Assembly (NCBI GenBank): GCA_963665275.2
Contig: CAXXIN010000014.1
Location: 5,430 to 69,429, forward strand
Source of the DNA: Negativicutes bacterium
GTDB lineage: Bacteria > Bacillota > Negativicutes > UBA1444
DNA: 64,000 bases
Direction: 5' to 3'
In this document: positions 11,522 through 20,408 of the stretch, in pieces
Position numbering within the stretch: the first letter of the stretch is position 1
How the letters are laid out: each line of letters opens with the position of its first letter
Translations under genes and position numbers: made by a program
Notes under the pieces: generated by a model
The model's database searches: none
The model's input: the letters and a program-made list of their open reading frames with translations, nothing else
What the model was told of the DNA's origin: nothing

Positions 11522-12257
11522 ATGCAGAATAATACCATTGAAATGCTCGGGTATCTGCGACGTGTGGTTGTGGATATGGGGGTTGATGTTTCGGATGATC
11601 AATACCGCCTTCTTGCAGCTTTTTATGAGTTTTTGATGGAGTATAATCAGAAGATAAATCTAACACGAATTGTCGAACCGTTAGATGTGGCCGCCAAGCA
11701 CTTTGGCGACTCGTTGGCGCTGTTGGCTCAACCCCTGCTTCCCTCCGGGAAGCTTGATTGCTGATGTGGGCACTGGGGCTGGATTTCCAGGAATTCCGAT
11801 GGCAATCATGCGTTCGGATATTCAGGTTGTGTTGATTGATTCTCTCCGCAAACGTACGATCTTCCTCGCTGAAGCGGTTGAGCTATTGGGACTAAGGAAT
11901 GTTCAGGTTGTTTGGGCCAGAGCTGAGGAGATGGGCCGAAACCAATTGTACCGCCAAAAGTTCGATGTTGTATTGGCACGTGCCGTTGCTCCACTGAATG
12001 TGTTGGTAGAGTTGTGTTTGCCATTGCTGAAAATCGGCGGACATTTTCTGGCGATGAAAGGCCCAAAAGCTGATGAAGAACTTATTCAGGCGCAAGTTGC
12101 TATTGCAAAACTTGGTGGAGCAGTCATTTCCTCGACTGTGAAACCATTACCTGTGGTGGAGGAGAATCGCACGTTAATTTCAATTAAAAAGATCAAGCCA
12201 ACAATTGCCCTATACCCTAGAAAGGCAGGCACGCCTGAGCGGCAGCCATTAGTATGA
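11522..12257 (+). pseudogene. rsmG: 16S rRNA (guanine527-N7)-methyltransferase RsmG/GidB, 1 frameshift
   Basis: ORFs 11522..11764 and 11685..12257. Removing one a at 11750-11751 gives LLPSGSLIADVGTGAGFPGIP, the SAM-binding motif. Confidence 0.88.
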
Positions 12258-12281
12258 ATTTTTGAAGTTGGGTGCGTGTGT

Positions 12282-13145
12282 ATGAAGACAATTGGCAGCT
12301 TTTTTTTCAATAGGTCGCAGCCTGAAACGGTTATTGAGACGACTGAGCCTGTTAAAGACATGTTGGAAGTCGTCGAAATTTCAATTGATAAGATTGTGGC
12401 AAACCCGTTTCAGCCAAGGAAGACCTTTTCGGATGAAGGACTTGCAGAACTTAGTTCGTCCATTCGTGAATTTGGCGTTATTCAACCGCTTATTGTCCGC
12501 AACACGGAAGCGGGAATCGAGCTGATTGCAGGAGAGCGAAGGTTGCGCGCGTCGTTGCTGGCGGGGCGTGAAACTGTTCCTTGCATCGTTCGCCAGGTAG
12601 ATGACAAAGATATGGCCGAAATTGCGCTGATTGAGAATTTGCAACGCGAGGATTTGCATTATTTTGAAGAGGCCGCCGGATATGAGAAATTATTGACGCA
12701 GTTTAATCTTACGCAAGATGTTTTAGCTGCAAGAGTTGGTAAGGACCAGTCAACAATCGCGAACAAGTTAAGATTGTTGAAATTGCCTTCAGAAGTCCGA
12801 GAATTTGCTTTTCGCGAGAAGTTGACGGAGCGCCACTCCAGGGCACTTCTGAAAGTCGAAGGGACGGATTCGCAGCTGGCTGTTTTGCGTGAAGTGGTTG
12901 AGAAGAAGTTGAATGTGCGAGAAACGGAGGCCTATATTGTTGAGCATCTTCAGACTCCGCCTTCCAGTACAGCTCCTCCGCGACGCTCTGGCATGTTGAA
13001 AATCGTCAAAGACGTACGGATCTTCATAAATACAGTTGGGGAGCTTGTTAATCAAATGAAAAAAGCTGGGCTCGACGTACGGCTATCTCAGGAACAGGAC
13101 GAGGATTCGATTACACTCACAATGATTGTTCCAAAACGCCGCTAA
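12282..13145 (+). CDS. noc: ParB-family nucleoid occlusion protein Noc
   Basis: ParB N-domain (GERRLRA) and HTH. The N-terminal amphipathic MKTIGSFFFNR resembles the Noc membrane-targeting helix. rsmG-noc-soj-spo0J order. Confidence 0.8.
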   Translation: MKTIGSFFFNRSQPETVIETTEPVKDMLEVVEISIDKIVANPFQPRKTFSDEGLAELSSSIREFGVIQPLIVRNTEAGIELIAGERRLRASLLAGRETVPCIVRQVDDKDMAEIALIENLQREDLHYFEEAAGYEKLLTQFNLTQDVLAARVGKDQSTIANKLRLLKLPSEVREFAFREKLTERHSRALLKVEGTDSQLAVLREVVEKKLNVRETEAYIVEHLQTPPSSTAPPRRSGMLKIVKDVRIFINTVGELVNQMKKAGLDVRLSQEQDEDSITLTMIVPKRR

Positions 13146-13554
13146 GAGTACAGGTAATGTAGAATATATTTGTTTGATTTTTATTAACGGCGATTTTTGG
13201 CTTATTCTGCGTGAGTACTTATCCAGACACTTCACGTTTCATAGCCTGAACCTGTCGTTCGCTAATTTACTAGTCAATTCTTCATATTCGATTGGATCGC
13301 GGCTGTTCAGAGAATTGTCGTCGTTTCGAAGATCTGCCTCTTTCATGCTTTCTTGGGCGCACGATCCTTCTGGAAACTTCTTCCCCCCGACACCTGCACA
13401 GGTAGCCATTTATCTTGCGTCTGCCTAAATTCCTCTTGCAAATATACAGGACTGTCACCATCTAATGTTCTTCAGGGGTTCTCTGTGCAAAGACAGGGAA
13501 CCCCTGTTGTTGTTGGTTGAGTTACAAAAATATATTGACCCTTCGTGTATCTTT

Positions 13555-13610
13555 TCATGTCAGCTATTATAATTTGTTTCACATGAAACAAATTATAATA
13601 GCTGACATGA
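13555..13610. promoter_or_regulatory. 56-bp perfect palindrome with a parS-like core
   Basis: 26-nt arms tcatgtcagctattataatttgtttc / gaaacaaattataatagctgacatga with spacer acat. The core tgtttcacatgaaaca (13575-13590) has one mismatch to parS tGTTNCACGTGAAACa. Confidence 0.6.
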
Positions 13611-13779
13611 ATTATCGAGTTTTGGTTGAATGTCGGATCAGTTGTTGTTACTATAGTAATATTGAAACTGAAGATTTTCGTGATTTTCAATAATGACCAA
13701 TGACGAACGAGTAATTCGCAGAGCGGGAGTAATCTGCGGGTGCTTTGTGGAAACTAAGGGATATGGATGGGGTGAAGCT

Positions 13780-14541
13780 TTGGTAAGAGTGATGGCAGTG
13801 ACTAACCAAAAAGGTGGGGTCGGAAAAACAACTACTGCGGTTAATTTAAGTGCATGTTTGGCAACCTTGGGTCAAAAGGTTTTGCTTGTTGATGTTGACC
13901 CACAAGGAAACACCACGAGTGGACTGGGAATAGATAAGTCAAGCGTTAAGCGATGTATTTACGACTGTTTGGTTAATGATGTTCCGATGGATGAAGTGAT
14001 TATTTCCACAAAAGTTGAGAATTTATCTCTGTTGCCTGCGACGATTCAGTTGGCTGGAGCCGAAGTCGAGCTGGTTTCGGTACTTGCGCGTGAGAATATG
14101 TTGAAACGGTCATTAGAAAAAGTTAAGTACCGTTATGATTTTGTTATAATGGATTGTCCTCCTTCTTTGGGGCTGCTGACAGTTAATGCATTGACTGCCG
14201 CTTCTTCGGTGTTGGTTCCGATTCAATGCGAATTTTATGCTTTGGAAGGGTTATCGCAGTTGATGAAAACTGTTGGATTGGTGCAAAAAAATCTTAATCC
14301 ATCTCTGCAGTTAGAGGGCGTCGTTTTGACAATGTTTGATGCAAGAACGAACCTTTCGATCCAGGTTGTTGATGAAGTTAAAAAACATTTTCGAAATAAA
14401 GTCTACCACTCCATAGTTCCTCGAAATGTTCGACTGAGTGAGGCCCCGAGTCATGGTCAGCCTATTGTTCAGTATGATCCTAAGTCGCGAGGTTCGGAAG
14501 TATACATGTCTCTGGCGAAGGAGGTGTTGGGTGATGAATAA
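13780..14541 (+). CDS. soj: Chromosome partitioning ATPase ParA/Soj
   Basis: Deviant Walker A NQKGGVGKTTTAVNL. TTG start at 13780 was chosen so the N-terminal length matches Soj; the ORF itself extends to 13693. Confidence 0.9.
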   Translation: MVRVMAVTNQKGGVGKTTTAVNLSACLATLGQKVLLVDVDPQGNTTSGLGIDKSSVKRCIYDCLVNDVPMDEVIISTKVENLSLLPATIQLAGAEVELVSVLARENMLKRSLEKVKYRYDFVIMDCPPSLGLLTVNALTAASSVLVPIQCEFYALEGLSQLMKTVGLVQKNLNPSLQLEGVVLTMFDARTNLSIQVVDEVKKHFRNKVYHSIVPRNVRLSEAPSHGQPIVQYDPKSRGSEVYMSLAKEVLGDE

Positions 14542-15445
14542 ACGAGGGCTGGGAAGAGGCCTGGACGCACTGCTTTCTGGCATTTCCGAGGCGGATTCGG
14601 GCGAGAATGTTACAGAGGTTGCTGTGGCCGACATAGTCCCTAATCGATTTCAGCCTCGGCGGGAGTTTGATCCTGATCGATTGGCGGAGCTTGCTTCTTC
14701 CATTAAATTGTATGGTGTCCTTCAGCCAATTGTTGTGCGTCGACAAGATCGGGGTTTCGAGTTGGTGGCAGGTGAACGCCGATTTCGCGCCTCGCAAATC
14801 GTCGGGTTGAAAAAGATCCCCGCATTGATACGTGACTATACTGATTCTGAAATGACTGCTGTTGCCTTGGTGGAAAACTTGCAAAGAGAGAACCTTAACC
14901 CGATTGAAGAGGCGTATGCATATCGAAGGCTCATTGAGGAGTTTGGATTTACGCAGGAGGATGTTTCGCAGAAGGTTGGTAAGAGTCGGCCGTTCATCGC
15001 GAACACTGTTCGACTGCTTAATTTGCCTGTGACCGTACAAGAATATGTTTCACGTGGAACAATGACGCCGGGGCAGGCACGCCCGTTATTGGTTTTGCCG
15101 ACAGCCAAACTTCAGGAAGAAGCCGCGACAGAGATAATGACACACGCCTTTACGGCCAGGGAGGCGGAAGAGCTTGCGCGCCAGTGGGGGAAAAAAGGGC
15201 CGAATAAACTAGGCGCAAAAAAGAAGGTGATCATAGAGCTCGAAGCAAAGGGAGTCGAAGAGCGTCTCAGCGAGTTGTTGGGAACGCGCGTTAGGATTGC
15301 AGAGCGGGAAGCGGGTAAAGGAACGATTTCTATTGAGTACTACTCAACGGAAGAACTCGAACGAATAGTTGAGCAAATTGAAGGCGATGGGCTAATTGAC
15401 CCGAGCGATCGTAAAAGAAGGAAAGGACAGGCCTTTTCAGTATGA
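14534..15445 (+). CDS. spo0J: Chromosome partitioning protein ParB/Spo0J
   Basis: MNKRGLGRGLDALL, GERRFRAS box and HTH. The ATG overlaps the soj stop. Confidence 0.9.
   Translation: MNKRGLGRGLDALLSGISEADSGENVTEVAVADIVPNRFQPRREFDPDRLAELASSIKLYGVLQPIVVRRQDRGFELVAGERRFRASQIVGLKKIPALIRDYTDSEMTAVALVENLQRENLNPIEEAYAYRRLIEEFGFTQEDVSQKVGKSRPFIANTVRLLNLPVTVQEYVSRGTMTPGQARPLLVLPTAKLQEEAATEIMTHAFTAREAEELARQWGKKGPNKLGAKKKVIIELEAKGVEERLSELLGTRVRIAEREAGKGTISIEYYSTEELERIVEQIEGDGLIDPSDRKRRKGQAFSV
15046..15061. promoter_or_regulatory. parS site inside spo0J
   Basis: tgtttcacgtggaaca is the reverse complement of the B. subtilis parS TGTTCCACGTGAAACA. It lies inside the parB coding sequence, as in B. subtilis. 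Confidence 0.85.
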
Positions 15446-15455
15446 AAACGCCTGA

Positions 15456-16784
15456 ATGTTTTTGATGCGCCAGGAAAGAGATGCGCTGGGAGACGTAATG
15501 GTGCCGAGTGAGGCATATTTTGGTACAAGTACTGCTCGACTTACTGGAGTTGCAGCAGTTTCCGGGCTTGGTTTTTCGCCGAAAATTCCGCTAAATATTG
15601 CTAGAGTTAGACAGGCGCAAGCTGTCGCCTTTGGGAGGAATAAATCGTGGAATAGTGAAATTGCTTCGTCAATTGAAAAAGCCGCGAAAAGGCTAACAAC
15701 TGATGAAATAATCATGGATGAACATTTGAAAGTCCAGCCCCACCACGGCGGCGGAGTTCGCAGCATCGTCCTGAATGTCGATGAAGTGTTAGCGAATATT
15801 GCGCTAGAGGGTATGGGGTTTTCAAAGGGAGAGTTCCACATAATGGCTCCGCTATTTCAGATGGATAGGGGCCGAAATCATTTGGAAACGTATATGACAG
15901 CTGTGCATATAACATTAATTGCAGAGCTTTCAGATACGTTCGCAGCGCTAGAATCGTTGCTGCTGAGGCTGAAAGAAAAAGCGACTTCTTTTCAGACGAT
16001 GGAAACTGTTGCTAAAATTCAGTTTCAAGAGATCGAATTGTCGAATATCGGTGCAGAGTTCAGTCGCTTTCATGAATCCCTTGCCCGATCAAGGCAACAA
16101 TTGGATTGGTTTAGAGCTAGGCTGCTTCCTTGCTGGCAGGGTTCATCGGACACACTGCTGGCGCTCAGGGAGGTAGTAGGAATCGATATTGCGATAAGCA
16201 CCGTCCCGGACGATTTCCCCTGGAATGTTGATTTGTATTTGGGGTTATCGGCATTGTTGCGAACGACGACCCTAACGCTATTGGGATTTTGCGACCGCAT
16301 GCGGCTGCTGGTCACCGCCTCTCGGGAACTCGATACGCAGCGGATTCGCGTTAATCCTCCCTTTAATCCGGACGGACGCGAATTGATAATTATTGACACT
16401 GTGAGTCAGTTGTCGTTTTCTATTATTGGCGCAGACGCTGCAATTGTTGCATCTACGAGTGGCGGAGTCGACTGCGCTGTTGCCTATGCTCCGTTTTTCT
16501 CCTCACAATTGGTTTGGAGTGGAAAATGGTTGACCAATGCAATAGAGCTGCTTGACAAGAACTTCGTCGCGGGCTTGGTTGGCGATGAAGAAAACGGGAT
16601 AAAACAGTTGCAAGAAACGCCACTGCAGGCCGAACGTCTAATTCCAACCCTGGGCTATGATCGCGCTGTCCAAGTCGCTCGGATTGCTGCGCTGACCGAA
16701 AAACCGGTGCGTATGGTAGTGCAAAAAATGAAGCTTATGACGCAGGAAGAGAGTGAAAACTTCTTCAAATCGGGATTCAGATGA
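15456..16784 (+). CDS. Fumarase/aspartase (Lyase_1) superfamily protein with degenerate catalytic motifs
   Basis: 442 aa. ERDALGDVMVPSEAYFG and HGGGVRSIVLNVDEVLANIALEG align by eye with the class II fumarase N-terminus and C1 region. No GSSxMPxKxN loop is present. Confidence 0.7.
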   Translation: MFLMRQERDALGDVMVPSEAYFGTSTARLTGVAAVSGLGFSPKIPLNIARVRQAQAVAFGRNKSWNSEIASSIEKAAKRLTTDEIIMDEHLKVQPHHGGGVRSIVLNVDEVLANIALEGMGFSKGEFHIMAPLFQMDRGRNHLETYMTAVHITLIAELSDTFAALESLLLRLKEKATSFQTMETVAKIQFQEIELSNIGAEFSRFHESLARSRQQLDWFRARLLPCWQGSSDTLLALREVVGIDIAISTVPDDFPWNVDLYLGLSALLRTTTLTLLGFCDRMRLLVTASRELDTQRIRVNPPFNPDGRELIIIDTVSQLSFSIIGADAAIVASTSGGVDCAVAYAPFFSSQLVWSGKWLTNAIELLDKNFVAGLVGDEENGIKQLQETPLQAERLIPTLGYDRAVQVARIAALTEKPVRMVVQKMKLMTQEESENFFKSGFR

Positions 16785-16926
16785 TAAAGGGACTCAAAAG
16801 AAATCGTAAAAAAATCCTCTGGCCCACTAAATATGATGAAAACCAGCAATTTGGGCAATATTGTAAGGCGAAAAATGCGGTAAAATAATAACCGCTTTCA
16901 GTCGTCTCAAACAGAAAGGTGGTACC

Positions 16927-17433
16927 ATGGATTCTGCAGCAGTGATAAATCCGTTATCGGGTGTTGAACTTACTCATTTGACTTATGCGCTGGTCATCGT
17001 TTCGTCTTTTTTTGGTTTGTCATCATTGTATTTGGTAGTGAAGTTGCATCGCCTCAGTTATCTGTATAAGAAAATGATGAGGGGCGCGACCGGTGAATCG
17101 ATCGAAAAAATGATGCTGGAGCGAATTAATGACATTGATGCTCTTAAACAAACTGCGACGGAGCTTCGGAATGAATGTGACAGACTTGAAAGGGAGAGCA
17201 GAACGCATATTCAGCAAGTAGGATTGGTTCGGTTCAATGCCTTCGATAATACCGGGAGTGACCTGAGTTTTGCGGTTGCAATGACGGATGCATCCCAAAC
17301 GGGTTTTGTGCTGTCGGGAATATATGGACGTGAAGAGTCCAGAGTATATGCCAAGCCAATCATCAAAGGGGAATCTACGTACACACTGACACAGGAAGAA
17401 AAACAAGCGCTGGATGAGGCCAAGAAAAAATAA
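16927..17433 (+). CDS. DUF4446 family membrane-anchored coiled-coil protein
   Basis: 168 aa, with an N-terminal TM segment then a coiled coil and GLVRFNAFDNTGSDLSFAVA. This is the conserved position downstream of parB in Firmicutes. Confidence 0.7.
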   Translation: MDSAAVINPLSGVELTHLTYALVIVSSFFGLSSLYLVVKLHRLSYLYKKMMRGATGESIEKMMLERINDIDALKQTATELRNECDRLERESRTHIQQVGLVRFNAFDNTGSDLSFAVAMTDASQTGFVLSGIYGREESRVYAKPIIKGESTYTLTQEEKQALDEAKKK

Positions 17434-17522
17434 GGTTTTAGCGGAGCAGGATTTTGGTATCAAGTAAAGAATACTAATGAGTGTTCGCTTATTTCTCCAC
17501 AGGAGAGAAGGGTGGTTTTAGA

Positions 17523-18434
17523 TTGCAAAATAAGATTGCGCAACCGGATAAACGCTGTTACACATTAATGATAGTGCCGCATCGTGGGAAAAAAATCTAT
17601 CAGTTTAAAATGCCGATCCGCGTCGTCAAAGCATGTTTGGCAACTGTTGGCGCAATTGCGATATTTGCAGCTGCTGGTGTTGTTCATTATCAGTATACGC
17701 TTCACCGTGCGCAGACTGATATGGATGAACTACAGACATTGCGTACCGTTAATGTAGCTCAGGCTTCCCAGCTAAATCAACTTGCGAAAAATACAGCAAT
17801 TCTTCAGGAAGAGATGTCAAAACTGAATCAGTTGGATTCTGAAGTTCGTCGTTTGTTGAATAAAGAAGAGTTGCCGGGGGTATCTCGTTCTGGTATTGTT
17901 CGCCCTGCGTCCGGAGTAGGCGGAGTTGGGGGGCCGGTTGTGAAACCGCAAGCGGCCGAACTCGACAACTTGGTTAAAGAGTTGCAAGTGAGTGCAAAGG
18001 CCAGAGGGGAAAGCTTGGCGGAACTTCGGGAAAACTTGATTGATCGGAATGCGCGTATCTCGGCTACGCCATCAATCTGGCCTGCCGATGGGGTTGTTAC
18101 ATCGCGGTTTGGTTGGCGGTGGGGTGGTAGCGACTGGCATCCGGGAATCGACGTTGCGGCTGATACAGGAACGCCGATTGTAGCAACTGCTGCAGGGGTA
18201 GTTATAGCAAGTGGCTGGAACGGTGGCTACGGGCGTCAGGTAACGGTTGATCATGGCTATGGAATTACAACGTCTTATGCGCACGCCTCCGAACTTGTGG
18301 TGACCGTAGGACAAAACGTGAAAAAAGGGCAATTGGTTGCATATGTGGGGAATTCAGGGTTCAGTACAGGGCCTCATGTTCACTATGAAGTCAGGGTGAA
18401 TGGTACCGCCGTTAATCCTGCCAGCTTCCTTTGA
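17523..18434 (+). CDS. M23 family (LytM) metallopeptidase
   Basis: HPGIDVAA...GNSGFSTGPHVHYEV motifs, one TM segment and a coiled coil. TTG at 17523 follows the RBS ggagagaagggtgg; the ORF extends to 17481. Confidence 0.85.
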   Translation: MQNKIAQPDKRCYTLMIVPHRGKKIYQFKMPIRVVKACLATVGAIAIFAAAGVVHYQYTLHRAQTDMDELQTLRTVNVAQASQLNQLAKNTAILQEEMSKLNQLDSEVRRLLNKEELPGVSRSGIVRPASGVGGVGGPVVKPQAAELDNLVKELQVSAKARGESLAELRENLIDRNARISATPSIWPADGVVTSRFGWRWGGSDWHPGIDVAADTGTPIVATAAGVVIASGWNGGYGRQVTVDHGYGITTSYAHASELVVTVGQNVKKGQLVAYVGNSGFSTGPHVHYEVRVNGTAVNPASFL

Positions 18435-18463
18435 TTTTTGATAAAGCAGACAGGAGATGGAAT

Positions 18464-18823
18464 ATGTTTGGAAACAAAAAAAATCTGGCGATGTCGGATC
18501 AAATGGAAACCCTGATCGGGTCGAGCACCTCTATCAAAGGGAGCCTCACTTCGAGTGGTGCTCTGCGTATCGATGGACAGTTTGAGGGCGAACTCACAAC
18601 AACGGCTGATATTATTGTCGGCGAATCAGGGCGGGTTACGGCGACCGTAGGAGCAAAAAATGCAATCGTGGCTGGCTCAGTGACTGGAAACATGGATATC
18701 GGCGATAAGCTGGAGCTGATGCCGACTGCGAAAATAGTCGGAGATATCAAGGTAGGGTCGTTAATTATTGGAGAAGGTGCTATCTTTAAAGGTAATTGCG
18801 AAATGCGTCAACCGATCGAATGA
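18464..18823 (+). CDS. Bactofilin (polymer-forming cytoskeletal protein)
   Basis: MFGNKKN...; repetitive beta-helix pattern (IKGSLTSSGALRIDGQFEGEL..., VGDIKVGSLIIGEGAIFKGN). RBS caggag. Confidence 0.85.
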   Translation: MFGNKKNLAMSDQMETLIGSSTSIKGSLTSSGALRIDGQFEGELTTTADIIVGESGRVTATVGAKNAIVAGSVTGNMDIGDKLELMPTAKIVGDIKVGSLIIGEGAIFKGNCEMRQPIE

Positions 18824-18845
18824 TTTCACGAAATTGATTCAGCGA

Positions 18846-18887
18846 GGACACCCGTTTTCTCTAGAAAGCGTGGTGTCTATTTTTTTT
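18846..18887 (+). terminator. Intrinsic terminator after the bactofilin gene
   Basis: aggacac...gtgtct stem followed by a T8 run. Confidence 0.6.
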
Positions 18888-18989
18888 ATGCAAAAAGGAG
18901 GAAAATGCGAGCTTTTGACTAACCTTTTTAAACAGAGAGATACGAAGTGCTTTGGTAATGTAAAGAGTAAGGAAGAAAGCGAGAATCAT

Positions 18990-20408
18990 ATGAGTGATAA
19001 TCAAATATTTCGACAGATACCAGCCATTGAACAGATGCTTTCTGTAATCAAAAAGGACTTCCGGTTTTCTGAACTCAATCATGAAGCGGCCGTTGCTTTA
19101 CTGCGGCATGCTACTGACAAAATCCGTCTGGAGTTAGCGAATGGCTTGATAAAGGGCGAAGGTAAGGCTGTTGCTGGCAGGCTGAGTCACCGAATACTCG
19201 AACTCGCAGCCCAGGAGAGCGAGTTGCTGCTTGAACCACGCCTGCGCAAGGTGATCAATGGAACCGGAGTAGTTCTTCATACGAATCTAGGGAGAGCTCC
19301 GCTTAGCGAACGCGCTTGTTCTGAAGTTCTCTCCGTCATGAAGGGATATAGTTCATTGGAATACGATTTGGAAGCGGGCGGCAGAGGTGAACGGTACAGT
19401 CATGTATCGATGAGGTTGCAAGAACTGACCGGCGCTGAAGAGGCCATCGTTGTCAACAACAATGCAGCAGCAGTATTGCTGGTACTGTCGGGAGTCGCTC
19501 GAGGGCGCGAAGTCTTGGTGAGTCGCGGTGAGCTAGTTGAAATTGGTGGGTCTTTTCGGATTCCGGATGTAATTCGCCAGAGCGGAGCGATTCTCGTGGA
19601 GGTCGGAACCACCAACAAGACGCACCTAGAAGATTTTTCAGCGGCGATTACCCCAAACACCGCTGCGATTCTTAAAGTGCACACTAGTAATTTTGAAATC
19701 ATTGGATTTACCAGTCAGCCGGCCTTTGGGGACCTTTGCAGACTTGCCCGTGAAAAAGGCTTGATTTCAATTAATGACGTTGGCAGCGGAACATTGTTGC
19801 CGCTCATGCTGGCGGAGCATCGCGAACCGACAGTTCCCGAATGTATATCTGCGGGCTTTGATCTGGTGACTTTCAGTGGAGATAAATTGTTGGGAGCTGG
19901 TCAAGCAGGGATAATTGTCGGCAAAAAGCAGTATATCGATAAGTTAAAACAAGAGCCGCTACTCCGGGCGATTCGGATTGATAAATTGTCCCTGGCAGCA
20001 CTGGAAGGGACGCTCATCGACTATTTGACAGGACAGCCTGAACTATTGATTCCCAGTTGGATAATGTTGAACATGACCGAAGTCGATCTTGAAAAGAAAG
20101 CTGTAACATTGGCTCGGCAGCTCGCGCCAATAGAAGCTGCAGGATGGGGCGTTAAAGTAGTTCCAACGCGTTCCCTGTCGGGCGGAGGCTCGTTGCCCGG
20201 AGTCGAATTGAATGGATTCGGGGTAGAGATTCTGCCAGGTGACATGTCAGCCGCCAAACTGGAAAGGCTCCTGCGTGATAATAAGATTCCTATTGTTGGT
20301 TTGATTAGGGGAAACGCGTTAATTATAGACGCGCGTTGCCTGCTGCCGGGAGATGATCAGATTCTCTGCGCGGCGCTTGCCGGAATCGTCGAGGAAACAT
20401 TCGCATGA
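18990..20408 (+). CDS. selA: L-seryl-tRNA(Sec) selenium transferase
   Basis: MSDNQIFRQIPAIEQML..., with the PLP region FSGDKLLGAGQAGIIVGK. Overlaps the selB start. Confidence 0.92.
   Translation: MSDNQIFRQIPAIEQMLSVIKKDFRFSELNHEAAVALLRHATDKIRLELANGLIKGEGKAVAGRLSHRILELAAQESELLLEPRLRKVINGTGVVLHTNLGRAPLSERACSEVLSVMKGYSSLEYDLEAGGRGERYSHVSMRLQELTGAEEAIVVNNNAAAVLLVLSGVARGREVLVSRGELVEIGGSFRIPDVIRQSGAILVEVGTTNKTHLEDFSAAITPNTAAILKVHTSNFEIIGFTSQPAFGDLCRLAREKGLISINDVGSGTLLPLMLAEHREPTVPECISAGFDLVTFSGDKLLGAGQAGIIVGKKQYIDKLKQEPLLRAIRIDKLSLAALEGTLIDYLTGQPELLIPSWIMLNMTEVDLEKKAVTLARQLAPIEAAGWGVKVVPTRSLSGGGSLPGVELNGFGVEILPGDMSAAKLERLLRDNKIPIVGLIRGNALIIDARCLLPGDDQILCAALAGIVEETFA

Noticed and set aside
13126-13690. 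ORFs 13126..13428 (+) and 13472..13690 (-), plus an unlisted 56-aa minus-strand ORF at 13239..13409 (MATCAGVGGKKFPEGSCAQ...), all in the noc-soj spacer.
   Set aside because: None has a good RBS, a recognisable family or coding-like composition. The 56-aa ORF might be real, but I cannot support it from sequence alone.
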